A stretch of DNA of 64,000 nucleotides, taken from positions 384,001 to 448,000 of the forward strand of contig CAVOXA010000010.1 of the NCBI GenBank assembly GCA_963700285.1, in the 5' to 3' direction. This document shows positions 49,813-58,636 of the stretch, piece after piece. How positions within the stretch are numbered: position 1 is the first letter of the stretch; the number at the start of each line of letters is the position of its first letter. The position numbers and the translations under genes were made by a program. Source of the DNA: an uncultured Chloroflexia bacterium (GTDB lineage: Bacteria > Chloroflexota > Anaerolineae > JAAYZQ01). The notes beneath the pieces were generated by a model. That model saw only the letters and a program-made list of their open reading frames with translations. It ran no database searches and was not told the DNA's origin.

Positions 49813-51060
49813 CTAGTGGCCCAGCAGCAAGGCTGCATGCAAGAGGACATTGGCCCCATTCACACAATCGTGCCACTCGGTGAATTCCTGGGAAGAGTGG
49901 CTGAACCCATCCACCGACGGCACAAATATCATACCTGTGGGACAGACGGATGCCAAAACCTGGGCATCGTGGCCCGCACCGGAAGGGAGAAACCTGTGGG
50001 GCAGATCCAGCGCTGAGCAAGCCCTGACAAAAGCTTCCTGGACCCGGGGTTCCATGGGTGCCGGGGCGGTCCTATCCAGGCCCTCGACCTCCAGATCCAA
50101 CCCAAAACGCTCCGCAGCGAAGAAGGCCTGATGCCCTAACTCGGCCTCGATCTCGTCCAGCCTGGTCTCGTCCTCCGTCCGGAATTCCAGGGAGACGGCG
50201 ACCTGGTGGGGAACGACGTTAAAAACACCCGGAGCAAAGACCATATTGCCCACTGTAGCGACGCAGTCCGGGAAGCGCTTCATCATGGTTTCCCGGACTG
50301 ACAGGGCAAAGGCACTCGCCCCCTGGCTCGCGTCGAGGCGGCGGCCCATGGGGGTTGTCCCAGCATGATCGGCCCGTCCGCAGAACCGCACCTGGAACGA
50401 CCGGATGCCCACAATGCCGGTCACAATACCAATCTCCACACCGGCCTCGGCCAATCGCCCCCCCTGCTCGATGTGTAGTTCCAGATAACCAGCCAGCGTG
50501 TTCGGGTCCCTGCCAGCACTGCAAAGGGAAGCGTTGCTCAAACCGGCCTGCTGCAACACCTGCTGGAAGCGCTCGTGACCGCCGCGCGGCTGCTGAAGCT
50601 GTTCCGGGGTCAGCCTGCCGGTTAGTCCCAAACTGCCCACAAAGTTGGCGAGATGCCCTTCCTCGTCGGTGAAATCGATGGCCTCCAGATGGGTGTTCAG
50701 GGAGAGGTTCTGCTCCTTTACGACCTGCAGCGATTCCAGGGCGGCCACTACCCCAAGCGCTCCGTCAAAGCGCCCACCGTCGGGTACCGAGTCCAGGTGT
50801 GATCCCAGCAGCAGCGTCTTTGCGCCGGGCGGGCCACAGCGGAGGAGGGCCGAATGGTTTCCAGCCCCATCCACCCGCGTATCCAAACCCGCTTCCTGGG
50901 CCGTAGCCAGAAACCAACGGCGGGCTTGCCTATGCGCCTCGCCGAATGCCGGCCGGTGGACTCCGCCCTCAGGCGTGGCGCCGACGGCTGCCAACGCCTC
51001 AAAATTGGCACGAAAGCGCTCGGCATTGACCCGAAGGGCAGATAATGTATCCCGCATCAT
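49813..51060 (-). CDS. Zn-dependent N-carbamoyl-amino-acid amidohydrolase (beta-ureidopropionase/allantoate amidohydrolase family)
   Basis: Motifs GSHLDSVPDGGRFDG, DEEG, ELHIEQG, HAGTTPM, SGAGHDA. Confidence 0.92.
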   Translation of the reverse strand: MMRDTLSALRVNAERFRANFEALAAVGATPEGGVHRPAFGEAHRQARRWFLATAQEAGLDTRVDGAGNHSALLRCGPPGAKTLLLGSHLDSVPDGGRFDGALGVVAALESLQVVKEQNLSLNTHLEAIDFTDEEGHLANFVGSLGLTGRLTPEQLQQPRGGHERFQQVLQQAGLSNASLCSAGRDPNTLAGYLELHIEQGGRLAEAGVEIGIVTGIVGIRSFQVRFCGRADHAGTTPMGRRLDASQGASAFALSVRETMMKRFPDCVATVGNMVFAPGVFNVVPHQVAVSLEFRTEDETRLDEIEAELGHQAFFAAERFGLDLEVEGLDRTAPAPMEPRVQEAFVRACSALDLPHRFLPSGAGHDAQVLASVCPTGMIFVPSVDGFSHSSQEFTEWHDCVNGANVLLHAALLLGH

Positions 51061-51074
51061 CCTTCCCCTTGACG

Positions 51075-51524
51075 TCAATCGAGGGAACGTCTCAGCGCAA
51101 CCAGTCTCATTGTATACTCGGGGGTGAGGCCGTGCTCCTGGGCGCCCACAATCATGTCTTCGACATAGCCCTTCGACGCAGTGTAGGGCCCTGCTGGTGC
51201 AGAGACCCTGTACAGGTCGGCCCTGTGCCATTTCCCATCTTCTCCCAGCACGAGAAAGGTATCGCGCCGGTACAGTCCTTCGGGAACGCTCTCCAGGATA
51301 TCCAGATCGACGATCTCTTGTTCAGGAACCTCATAGATGACGCCCTCCACCAACTCGCCTGGCGCCTCGATGATGCTGCTGATCCCGCCCTGTCTGTTCT
51401 CAGAGTAATGGCGGAATTCGACCTGAAAGTTCGGTAGTTCCGCTTTCATGACAAAGACTGCACCAGGACAGTATTTTTGAACGTACCGGGTAGAGAGGTT
51501 TGACCCATAGGCATAGTAGTACAT
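51075..51524 (-). CDS. Gamma-glutamylcyclotransferase family protein
   Basis: Motifs YYYAYGSNL, VEGVIYEV, LDILE, G.Y.R. Confidence 0.85.
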   Translation of the reverse strand: MYYYAYGSNLSTRYVQKYCPGAVFVMKAELPNFQVEFRHYSENRQGGISSIIEAPGELVEGVIYEVPEQEIVDLDILESVPEGLYRRDTFLVLGEDGKWHRADLYRVSAPAGPYTASKGYVEDMIVGAQEHGLTPEYTMRLVALRRSLD

Positions 51525-51607
51525 GGGGCGGGCGACTCCTTTTCAGGGCCCCAGTTGGCCCATTTCTTGAATGCCTGACCTGAACATGGAAACCAGAGAG
51601 CGTGTGG

Positions 51608-51636
51608 ATTATACATCAATAGGCCGCAAAGCACAA
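51608..51636 (-). promoter_or_regulatory. sigma70-type promoter for the 51524-42416 operon
   Basis: TTGTGC-N17-TATAAT on the minus strand. Confidence 0.6.
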
Positions 51637-51694
51637 CCATATTACCCCGCAGTGGGCCAAGTTCTCCTGGCTTCGGGCCAGCGTTGGGCAGGTT

Positions 51695-52110
51695 TTGAAT
51701 GCCCCGTCGATCAGTAGCGGCGAGGACCTCGGCCGGAGGGCTTGGATCACCCTGGCCGGCGAGAAAGGTTGTCTACGCCTGTCCTGTGCCGACCTGGATC
51801 ACCTGGTTTTCCTGCCTGCAGGCGACGCTGCGCTGACGCGGCGTTCGCGCCAGCACTCGAGGCTCTCTCCTGTGGTACTAAAGTGGAGCCGCGCTCGGAA
51901 ACGGTATGAGCGCCAGGGCGTCCTGTTGGTCGATCGGCGACGGCCAAGGCTCTGGACCAAAAAGCCATAGGACTGGCTGTCATGGCCCATATTCGGCATG
52001 TCGAGACGAACTATGACAATCTTCTGGCAGAAGGCTATGACCGGCACGAGGCCCGGGCCGAGGTCAAGGAACAGCTTTGGTCGGTGCTGGCAGCGTGGAA
52101 AGGAACGTAG
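51695..52110 (+). pseudogene. DUF2293-like gene remnant with internal deletion
   Basis: N-part CADLDHLVFLPAGDAALTRR...RARKRYERQG is joined out of frame to C-part GRSATAKALDQKAIGLAVMAHIRHVETNYDNLLAEGYDRHEAR...W, stop at 52110. Family recognised from memory. Confidence 0.65.
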
Positions 52111-52290
52111 CCAGATTTGCAGTCGAGCAGTCACGAATGGCCTAGTTGTAGAAACGGGTCGCGTTCGTGTTCAAGAGGGCGTCTCTGGGCTAATCGTCCA
52201 GCGCGATCCGCCATGCGTAGCAAGTCGCTGGCTGTAGCACTGAAGCCTCCCAGCACACCGAGGTGGGAGTGGGCATTTGATCATTGGGGC

Positions 52291-53910
52291 TTACCCACGG
52301 GGTGGGTCAGCAAGCGGCCCAGGGACTTCGATGAGCCCCGGTTTTCCCGAGGCAAAGGCGGCATCCAGCGCACCGGGCAGTTCGTCCATGGTCTCGATGT
52401 GCAGGCCGGTGGCGCCGTAGGCCTGGGCCAGGCGGGGAAAATCGGGGTTGACCAGATCGGCGGCAAAGATCCGCCCGCCATAGTTCCGCTCCTGCTGGCG
52501 GCGGATGGCGCCAAAGGTATGGTCGTTGACGACAACGGTGACCACGTTCAGTTCATGCTGAACCGCGCAGGCCAGTTCTTGCCCGGTGAACAAAAAGCCG
52601 CCGTCACCGCACAGGCAGATCACGCGCCGGTCGGGGTACGCCGCCTGTGCGCCCAAGGCGGCCGGCAGCCCAAAGCCTAGCGTACCAAAGCCCAGGGGGA
52701 AGAGAAAGGTACGCGGCTCGTACACAGGTTGATGCCATAGCTGCCAACCCCCAACGCAGGCAGCATCGCCAGTGCTAATGCCATCGCGCCCCAGAGCCGC
52801 GCTCAACGCCTGAACGAGGGCCAGGCCATCGGTTCCGGCTGCTGCATCACGCATCTGGTGGCGCACGGCCAGGGCCTCTGTCGCCCAAGGAGCCACAACG
52901 CCGGGCCCAGGCCCATCCAGGGCCTCTGCAAGCTGCCGCAGTACGACCCTGGCATCGCCGGCGAGGCCTACGTCTACCAGATAGTTGCGGCCGATCTGAG
53001 CAGGGTCTATGTCCACCTGTACGAGCCCGATGGGAGGCGGCAGTTGCCAGCCGCCGGTGGTGATCTCATCCAGGTCGGTGCCGATGGCCAGCACGGCATC
53101 GGCCTGCTGCCACAGATTCATGATTGGTTCGAGGCCAAAGACCGCAAAGCCTAGAGCCAGCGGGTGGTCGTCGGGCAGTGCGCCTTTGCCATTGCAGGTG
53201 TTGGCCACCGGCGCACCCAATGCCTCGGCCAAGTCCGCCAGCGCAGCGGTCGCGCCGCTCCAGTGTACCCCACCCCCGGCAAAGATCAGGGGCCGCGTCG
53301 CCTCTCGCAGGATGCGCGCGGCCTGAGCCACGAGTTGTGTGTCAGCGGCAGGCGGGGCCAGATGGGGCGCCGGGGCGATCTCGAGGTCAGCCTCGGCAGC
53401 CAGAACGTCTTCGGGGATCTCGATGTAGGCTGGGCGGGGGCGGCCAGATGTCATAGCCAACCAAGCCTCGTTCACCGCCGCGGGAATGTCGGCCACTCGG
53501 GTAACACGGCGGCTCCACTTGGTGATAGCCCGCGCCATGCCTAGCTGGTCCCGCATCTCGTGGAATACCCCCCGGTCCTGGCCGATGAACCCGGAGGTGA
53601 TCTGGCTGGCGATGACCAGAACGGGCACCGAGTCGCGGTAAGCATCGCCCACTGAGCCCATGATGTTGCCCACCGCCGGACCGGTGGTGACGATGGCGAC
53701 GCCGGGTTGGCCGCTGGCGCGGGCATAGCCATTGGCCATCAGGCCGGCCCCGCACTCGTGGCGGGCCAGGATGTGGCGGATGGATGTCTGTTCGTGATAC
53801 AGTGCATCGTAGATGGGCAGGTTGTGCGTGCCTGGAATACCAAAGACCGTGGTCACGCCGTTGGCCTTCAGAGTTTGCACCAGCACTTGCCCGCCTGTCA
53901 TGCGTGTCAT
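52291..53910 (-). CDS. Thiamine-diphosphate-dependent enzyme (2-oxoacid decarboxylase/acetolactate synthase-like)
   Basis: Motifs FGIPGTHNL, RHECGAG, FHEMRDQ, GFGTLGFG, CGDGGF...VND. Confidence 0.9.
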   Translation of the reverse strand: MTRMTGGQVLVQTLKANGVTTVFGIPGTHNLPIYDALYHEQTSIRHILARHECGAGLMANGYARASGQPGVAIVTTGPAVGNIMGSVGDAYRDSVPVLVIASQITSGFIGQDRGVFHEMRDQLGMARAITKWSRRVTRVADIPAAVNEAWLAMTSGRPRPAYIEIPEDVLAAEADLEIAPAPHLAPPAADTQLVAQAARILREATRPLIFAGGGVHWSGATAALADLAEALGAPVANTCNGKGALPDDHPLALGFAVFGLEPIMNLWQQADAVLAIGTDLDEITTGGWQLPPPIGLVQVDIDPAQIGRNYLVDVGLAGDARVVLRQLAEALDGPGPGVVAPWATEALAVRHQMRDAAAGTDGLALVQALSAALGRDGISTGDAACVGGWQLWHQPVYEPRTFLFPLGFGTLGFGLPAALGAQAAYPDRRVICLCGDGGFLFTGQELACAVQHELNVVTVVVNDHTFGAIRRQQERNYGGRIFAADLVNPDFPRLAQAYGATGLHIETMDELPGALDAAFASGKPGLIEVPGPLADPPRG

Positions 53911-53958
53911 ATCATTCCCTCCGTGGTTGTTGTCGCTCGAACTCTTGAACTTGCGCTG

Positions 53959-56190
53959 TTACCAACTCTCCTGCATAGTGTGCAGGGCCAACAGCATGTA
54001 CTCCTGGCGCTCCGCCCCAAACTCATCCAGTCGCTGCGCGCAGTCGCGGAGGATCTCGGATGGTATCTCCCCAACGCTATCCATGGGCAACGAGGCGATG
54101 ATGATACGCCGGAGCAACACCGCCCCCGATTCCAGTTCCCTCCTGGCCAGCGCTTCGGCACATTCCTCCATGGCAGCCACGAGCGATGGATCGCTGACCC
54201 TGCGACCGGCCTTTCTCCTCACCGAGGCAACAGCCTGCGAGCTAGCGGTACCTGGATCGATCCGCATCCCCCGCCACAGGTGGATGAAGTGATGCTCATT
54301 GCCGATCAGGCGCGCCAGGGCCAGTGCCAACTCCAAACGCCTATCCTCGCTCGGGCTTTTGTAGAGCATGGCCAGCAGATCGGGAGCGGCCTCTTGCACC
54401 CCCAGGGCACCCAGCGCTGCACCGAAGGCGACGCTCAGATCCTCGTTCGTTTCGGATTGCAGCCGGTCCAGCAGGAGGGGAACCGCTTCGGTATCGCCCA
54501 GGCTGCCCAGCGAGCGAGCACAGTGGGCCTGGACCGAGCGGTATTCGGAACCGAGGCCCTCGCGCAGCACGGGGAGCGCATCCCGGTCCCCCATGCGACC
54601 CAGTGCCCAGGCAGTAATGACGCTCAGGGCTGGTCCCCCTCTATGCAGAACTTTCACCAGGGCACTCGTCAGGCGAGGATCCGAACCGCCGCGCGCGATA
54701 GAGACGATGGCCTCGAAACGCACGTAAAAACGGGGATCATCGAGGGCTTCCAGAAGTTCATCCACCGCCAGAGGGCTCCTGGACTGACCCAGACGCTCAG
54801 TCACCGACACGGTGGCACGCTCGCTTCTGACCAATTGGTACCGGATCAGCGACTCCACTGCACGAAGCGGGTTGCCCCGGAGAAAGAACCCGGCGAACCT
54901 TGCCACGCCGATCTCGCCTTCGGCGCGCACACCTCTGAGAAGCAGCGCGTTCAGCAGGGGAAGGAGGATCGCGGCCAGGAACAAGAAGGAATAGGAATCC
55001 AGGGGAAAAATCAAGAAATAACCCGAGACGCCGACAAACCGGTCGAGCACTCGACCGCCGAGCAATTGCCCAAAGCCTTCGACGATGCTGATCCAGGCAT
55101 AGTACAATGCCAGATAAGAATTATTCTTGTCGGGCGGAACGACGCCGACGAAGAGCAGCCGGCCCAGGCCAATCTGCCAGCCCAGGGTAGCGATCCCCTG
55201 GAAAAAGGCGATGACCAGGGCGACGTAGAGGCTGAGACCAGATTGTCTCGGGAGCAGCCACCAGAGCAGCGCCTGGAGGGCCAGGAGATAGGCCCCCGAG
55301 GCCATGATCGGCTTGCTGCCGTAGCGGTCCGCGGCCCAGCCCCACACGTAGCTTGAGGCCATCCCACCGATCATGGTTCCGGCCTGCAGCCAGACCACGG
55401 CGCCGGAAGGCAGACCCACGTCATCCCGAAGGAACAGAGGGAGAAACGAGACCAGAGGTCCGATGGCCAGCAGCGTCAAACCCACACCCACCGCGAGCAG
55501 GACAAAGTTCTTGTCGCGAGCTGCGATTGTCAGATCCAGGTGAGAGGCTCGCGCAGACCGGCTGCTCTCTACAGGTGCGCCACCAGGAATGAAGGTGGCA
55601 GCGACTAGGGCGATCAGACCAAAGGACACGCCCACAGCAAAGAGGACGTTGAAATCCCGCAAGGTGGGTGCTGAACCCAATACAATTCCGCCCAGCGTGA
55701 CCGCCAGAAAGGACGCCAAGCTCCAGAAGATCTGGTTGATGGCCGAATACTTGCCCCGCACACTGTTGGGTACATATTCTTGGATCCAAGGAAAGACCGC
55801 GGTTATGGCCACAGCGCGGGAGACGGCAAAGGCTGCGACGATGCCAACGATGTACCAAATCACTACCTGTGACCCAAAGGTGGCCAGAACCCAGGGGGTG
55901 AATAGCAAAAAGACGGCGATAAGCTTTCTGCCCCCGAAAAAGATCAGGTAGGTACGCTTGTAGCCATGGCGGGCTACCGCTGGGGCGATGAACAGAGCGA
56001 TGAGGCCGGCAAAGGGCAGGAGGGAGAGGAGGCTGCCGATCTGCGTCTTGGACAGGCCCAATTCGCTAAGAAAGAGTACAAACACCGAGCCAAAGAAGGT
56101 GAGATAGTAAAAGACGGCGTTTGTCGCTTCGGAAAAGATGCTCCACGGAAGCCGGCGCAACTTTTCGGCGTTCGTTAGTTCGCTACTCAT
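53959..56190 (-). CDS. MFS transporter fused to C-terminal HEAT repeats (copy A)
   Basis: About 430 aa of hydrophobic helices with the MFS motif WGWAADRYGSK, then HEAT units LLEALDDPRFYVRFEAIVSIA, AWALGRMG, HCARSLGSLG. Confidence 0.85.
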   Translation of the reverse strand: MSSELTNAEKLRRLPWSIFSEATNAVFYYLTFFGSVFVLFLSELGLSKTQIGSLLSLLPFAGLIALFIAPAVARHGYKRTYLIFFGGRKLIAVFLLFTPWVLATFGSQVVIWYIVGIVAAFAVSRAVAITAVFPWIQEYVPNSVRGKYSAINQIFWSLASFLAVTLGGIVLGSAPTLRDFNVLFAVGVSFGLIALVAATFIPGGAPVESSRSARASHLDLTIAARDKNFVLLAVGVGLTLLAIGPLVSFLPLFLRDDVGLPSGAVVWLQAGTMIGGMASSYVWGWAADRYGSKPIMASGAYLLALQALLWWLLPRQSGLSLYVALVIAFFQGIATLGWQIGLGRLLFVGVVPPDKNNSYLALYYAWISIVEGFGQLLGGRVLDRFVGVSGYFLIFPLDSYSFLFLAAILLPLLNALLLRGVRAEGEIGVARFAGFFLRGNPLRAVESLIRYQLVRSERATVSVTERLGQSRSPLAVDELLEALDDPRFYVRFEAIVSIARGGSDPRLTSALVKVLHRGGPALSVITAWALGRMGDRDALPVLREGLGSEYRSVQAHCARSLGSLGDTEAVPLLLDRLQSETNEDLSVAFGAALGALGVQEAAPDLLAMLYKSPSEDRRLELALALARLIGNEHHFIHLWRGMRIDPGTASSQAVASVRRKAGRRVSDPSLVAAMEECAEALARRELESGAVLLRRIIIASLPMDSVGEIPSEILRDCAQRLDEFGAERQEYMLLALHTMQESW

Positions 56191-56377
56191 CTACGCGATT
56201 GGTACTCTTTTTCAGCATGGTGTTTTGGTCTGCTATGCCGGACCTTGCCCAAGCGCTCAAGCTGGCTGAATACAATACGATACACTGTGAAACGGTGTAC
56301 GTAAGATGCGGTCCCGCGCACTTGACACCGTACCTCAGGTCACAACCCAACACGGAAGAAGGTCTTGGGCTGCAGCC

Positions 56378-57520
56378 TCAGCGGGTGCCATACTTGCGCA
56401 CCAGCTCTAGCACCAGTTGGTAGCGCTCGTAACTAACCTCTGGTGGAACCGAGTGATCGGAGTGATAGATGTAGCCCCCGCCGCCGGCGACAAAGGGCGT
56501 GATCTTGGTCCGGATCTCCTCCTCGATCTCCTCGTCGGTGCCGTTGGCCATGTTAATGACATCGATGTTGCCCCAGAAGGTCAGCCGGTCGCCGTAGGTT
56601 TTGCGCAACTCCCGTACATCCAGGCCAGACTTGGCCTCAAGGGGCTGGATCACCTGCAAGCCACAGTCGATGAGATCCCCAAAGACTGCCTCTGCATTGC
56701 CGCAGCAATGCATCCAAAAGTCGATACCGTTGGCGCTGAGAAACTGGCCCAGTTGGCGGATGAGTGGCTTAAAGATCTGGCGCCAGGTGCGCGGTGACAT
56801 CAGCATGCCCTTGGTGTAGGCTAGGTCTTCGATCATGAAAACACCATCCGGCTTGATGCCCTCATCCAGGCAACGCTGCAGGACAGCGATCAACAGATCC
56901 ATGTAGGTCGAGGCCATTTCGATGACAAAGTCGGGATCGGTGACCAGGTCCATCAGCAATTCGGTAAAGCCCCGATGGCGCCAGGTGGATTCCCAGGGAC
57001 CGTAGGCGTTGCCCAGCACGTAGCGTCCCCGCTGCTGGATCCCGTCAAAAATGCCCTTGGCCTCTGCCCAGGTGGGATAGGGATCCATGTGCATGAAATA
57101 ACTGGCCTGGTCCACACGGGCCGTACCATCCAAGTCCAAGACAAAACGCTCCTTGATCTGATCCCAGGCATCCTTGTCCTTGGTCACATGGTCCATGAAA
57201 TCCATGGTACGGGACTTGCCCTTGGACTTTTTCACCGTATAGCCAAAGCGGTCCTGGTAGATGACATACTCGCCATCATCGCTCAACAGCTTTTGCTCCA
57301 GCCGGGGCGACGCATCCAGCGAAATATAGTCAAAATCAAAACCAAAGTACTCGGGAATGCCGCCCACCGCCTCGCTGAAAACGTCGTTGCTGACCGCTTC
57401 CCGCGAAAGTCCCTCGTCGTACCAGCCGGTGAGAGTGTCCTCCCAAAATGCATCGGTCATCGGTACCCGGTCTGGGTGCTCACGGTTCAGGGTACGAATG
57501 ACCCGTTCTCTGCTATCCAT
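56378..57520 (-). CDS. Uroporphyrinogen decarboxylase/MtaA-like family protein
   Basis: MDSRERV...PDRVP, EDLAY..GMLMSP, MHCCG, FWGNID, YIYHSDHSVP. Confidence 0.85.
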   Translation of the reverse strand: MDSRERVIRTLNREHPDRVPMTDAFWEDTLTGWYDEGLSREAVSNDVFSEAVGGIPEYFGFDFDYISLDASPRLEQKLLSDDGEYVIYQDRFGYTVKKSKGKSRTMDFMDHVTKDKDAWDQIKERFVLDLDGTARVDQASYFMHMDPYPTWAEAKGIFDGIQQRGRYVLGNAYGPWESTWRHRGFTELLMDLVTDPDFVIEMASTYMDLLIAVLQRCLDEGIKPDGVFMIEDLAYTKGMLMSPRTWRQIFKPLIRQLGQFLSANGIDFWMHCCGNAEAVFGDLIDCGLQVIQPLEAKSGLDVRELRKTYGDRLTFWGNIDVINMANGTDEEIEEEIRTKITPFVAGGGGYIYHSDHSVPPEVSYERYQLVLELVRKYGTR

Positions 57521-57616
57521 GCCTTTCCTCTCTGGCCAGCCCGCAGAAGAAGGCAACGCGCAAACAAGGCCGTGCCTTGTCTGCGTGTTGCCTGATCCAC
57601 CTCCGGACTTGCGTTT

Positions 57617-58546
57617 CTAACCTTTGTACTCAAACATCTCCGGGTAGCGTTTCCGGCTGCCCTCAGTAAGCTGGGCCATCTCCTCATCTGTCAGAGGGAT
57701 GTAGGGCGCTCGGGTGACCCGGCTGCCCTTGAGCCAACCGACCATCTCCTGGAAAGCCTTGTCCAGCGTCGGGTCCAGATGGCCCGCCGCGATCAGGGGG
57801 TAGACATCCTTGACCAGCCAGCGGCTGATCCGCCACTGGATCTCTATGGCCTCTTCCCATTCACGCCGTTCGCACATGGCGTACCAATCAAGGATGAACT
57901 CGGGGTTCATCAGGGCATGGGAGCAGTACATACCTTTGGCCCCAAACATCATGCCCATGACCAGGTCGCCCTCGCCGACAAAGTGATTGAGTTCAGGCCC
58001 GTTGACCTGCAGCTCCATCCAAGCGGCGAATTCGGAACTGCAGAACTTGGTGCCGATGAGGTTGGGAACCTCGGCGCAGATTCGTTGATAGTCCTTGCCA
58101 TTCAAGAAACGCTTGGCACGGCGGATGTTATAGTGCACAATACCCACGTCAGGGCAGGCACTACTCAGGTCCACAAAGTACTTGAGCACTTCATCATCGT
58201 TGAGTTCTATCCAGAAGGGCACGGCCACCTGCACGCCGTCGATGCCCCTGTCGGCCGCATAGCGCGCCATGCGGATCGAGTCCCGCGTATTCATCCAACT
58301 GCAACCCACCTGGGTCAGCACTTTGCCCGCCGTGTCTTCCACAAAGATGTCCACCATACGCTCAAATTCGTCAAAATCGAGCGTATGGAACTCGCCGGTG
58401 GAGCCGGTGGTATAAAGGCCGTGCACCCCGCCCTCGATGAGCTTGGCCACATTCTCACGGAAGATCGCCTCGTCCAGATTGCCGTCCTCGTCCCACGGCA
58501 TGGTGACGGACACCCAGACACCTTTCAGATTCTCTTTTGTCAGCAT
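57617..58546 (-). CDS. Dihydrodipicolinate synthase/N-acetylneuraminate lyase family aldolase
   Basis: Motifs GSTGEF, HYN, IGTK (Schiff-base Lys). Confidence 0.88.
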   Translation of the reverse strand: MLTKENLKGVWVSVTMPWDEDGNLDEAIFRENVAKLIEGGVHGLYTTGSTGEFHTLDFDEFERMVDIFVEDTAGKVLTQVGCSWMNTRDSIRMARYAADRGIDGVQVAVPFWIELNDDEVLKYFVDLSSACPDVGIVHYNIRRAKRFLNGKDYQRICAEVPNLIGTKFCSSEFAAWMELQVNGPELNHFVGEGDLVMGMMFGAKGMYCSHALMNPEFILDWYAMCERREWEEAIEIQWRISRWLVKDVYPLIAAGHLDPTLDKAFQEMVGWLKGSRVTRAPYIPLTDEEMAQLTEGSRKRYPEMFEYKG

Positions 58547-58636
58547 GTTCTGCTCTCCTTGTTTGTGCAGCCGAGATTCCCTCCGCGCCTCAGGCGCGCT
58601 TCACTCCAGCTCGCTACGGCTCAGGATTTCCCTTTT

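Noticed and set aside
53707-55356. 549-aa plus-strand ORF
   Set aside because: Antisense shadow of the MFS-HEAT gene.
56281-56300. LacI-like palindrome TACACTGTGAAACGGTGTA upstream of MFS-HEAT copy A
   Set aside because: Imperfect single site with no clear promoter or regulator nearby. Too weak to call.
58573-58628. Possible decayed REP-like element between dapA-like and MFS-HEAT copy B
   Set aside because: Only a short stem (GCGCCT/AGGCGC) and no second copy in the window.
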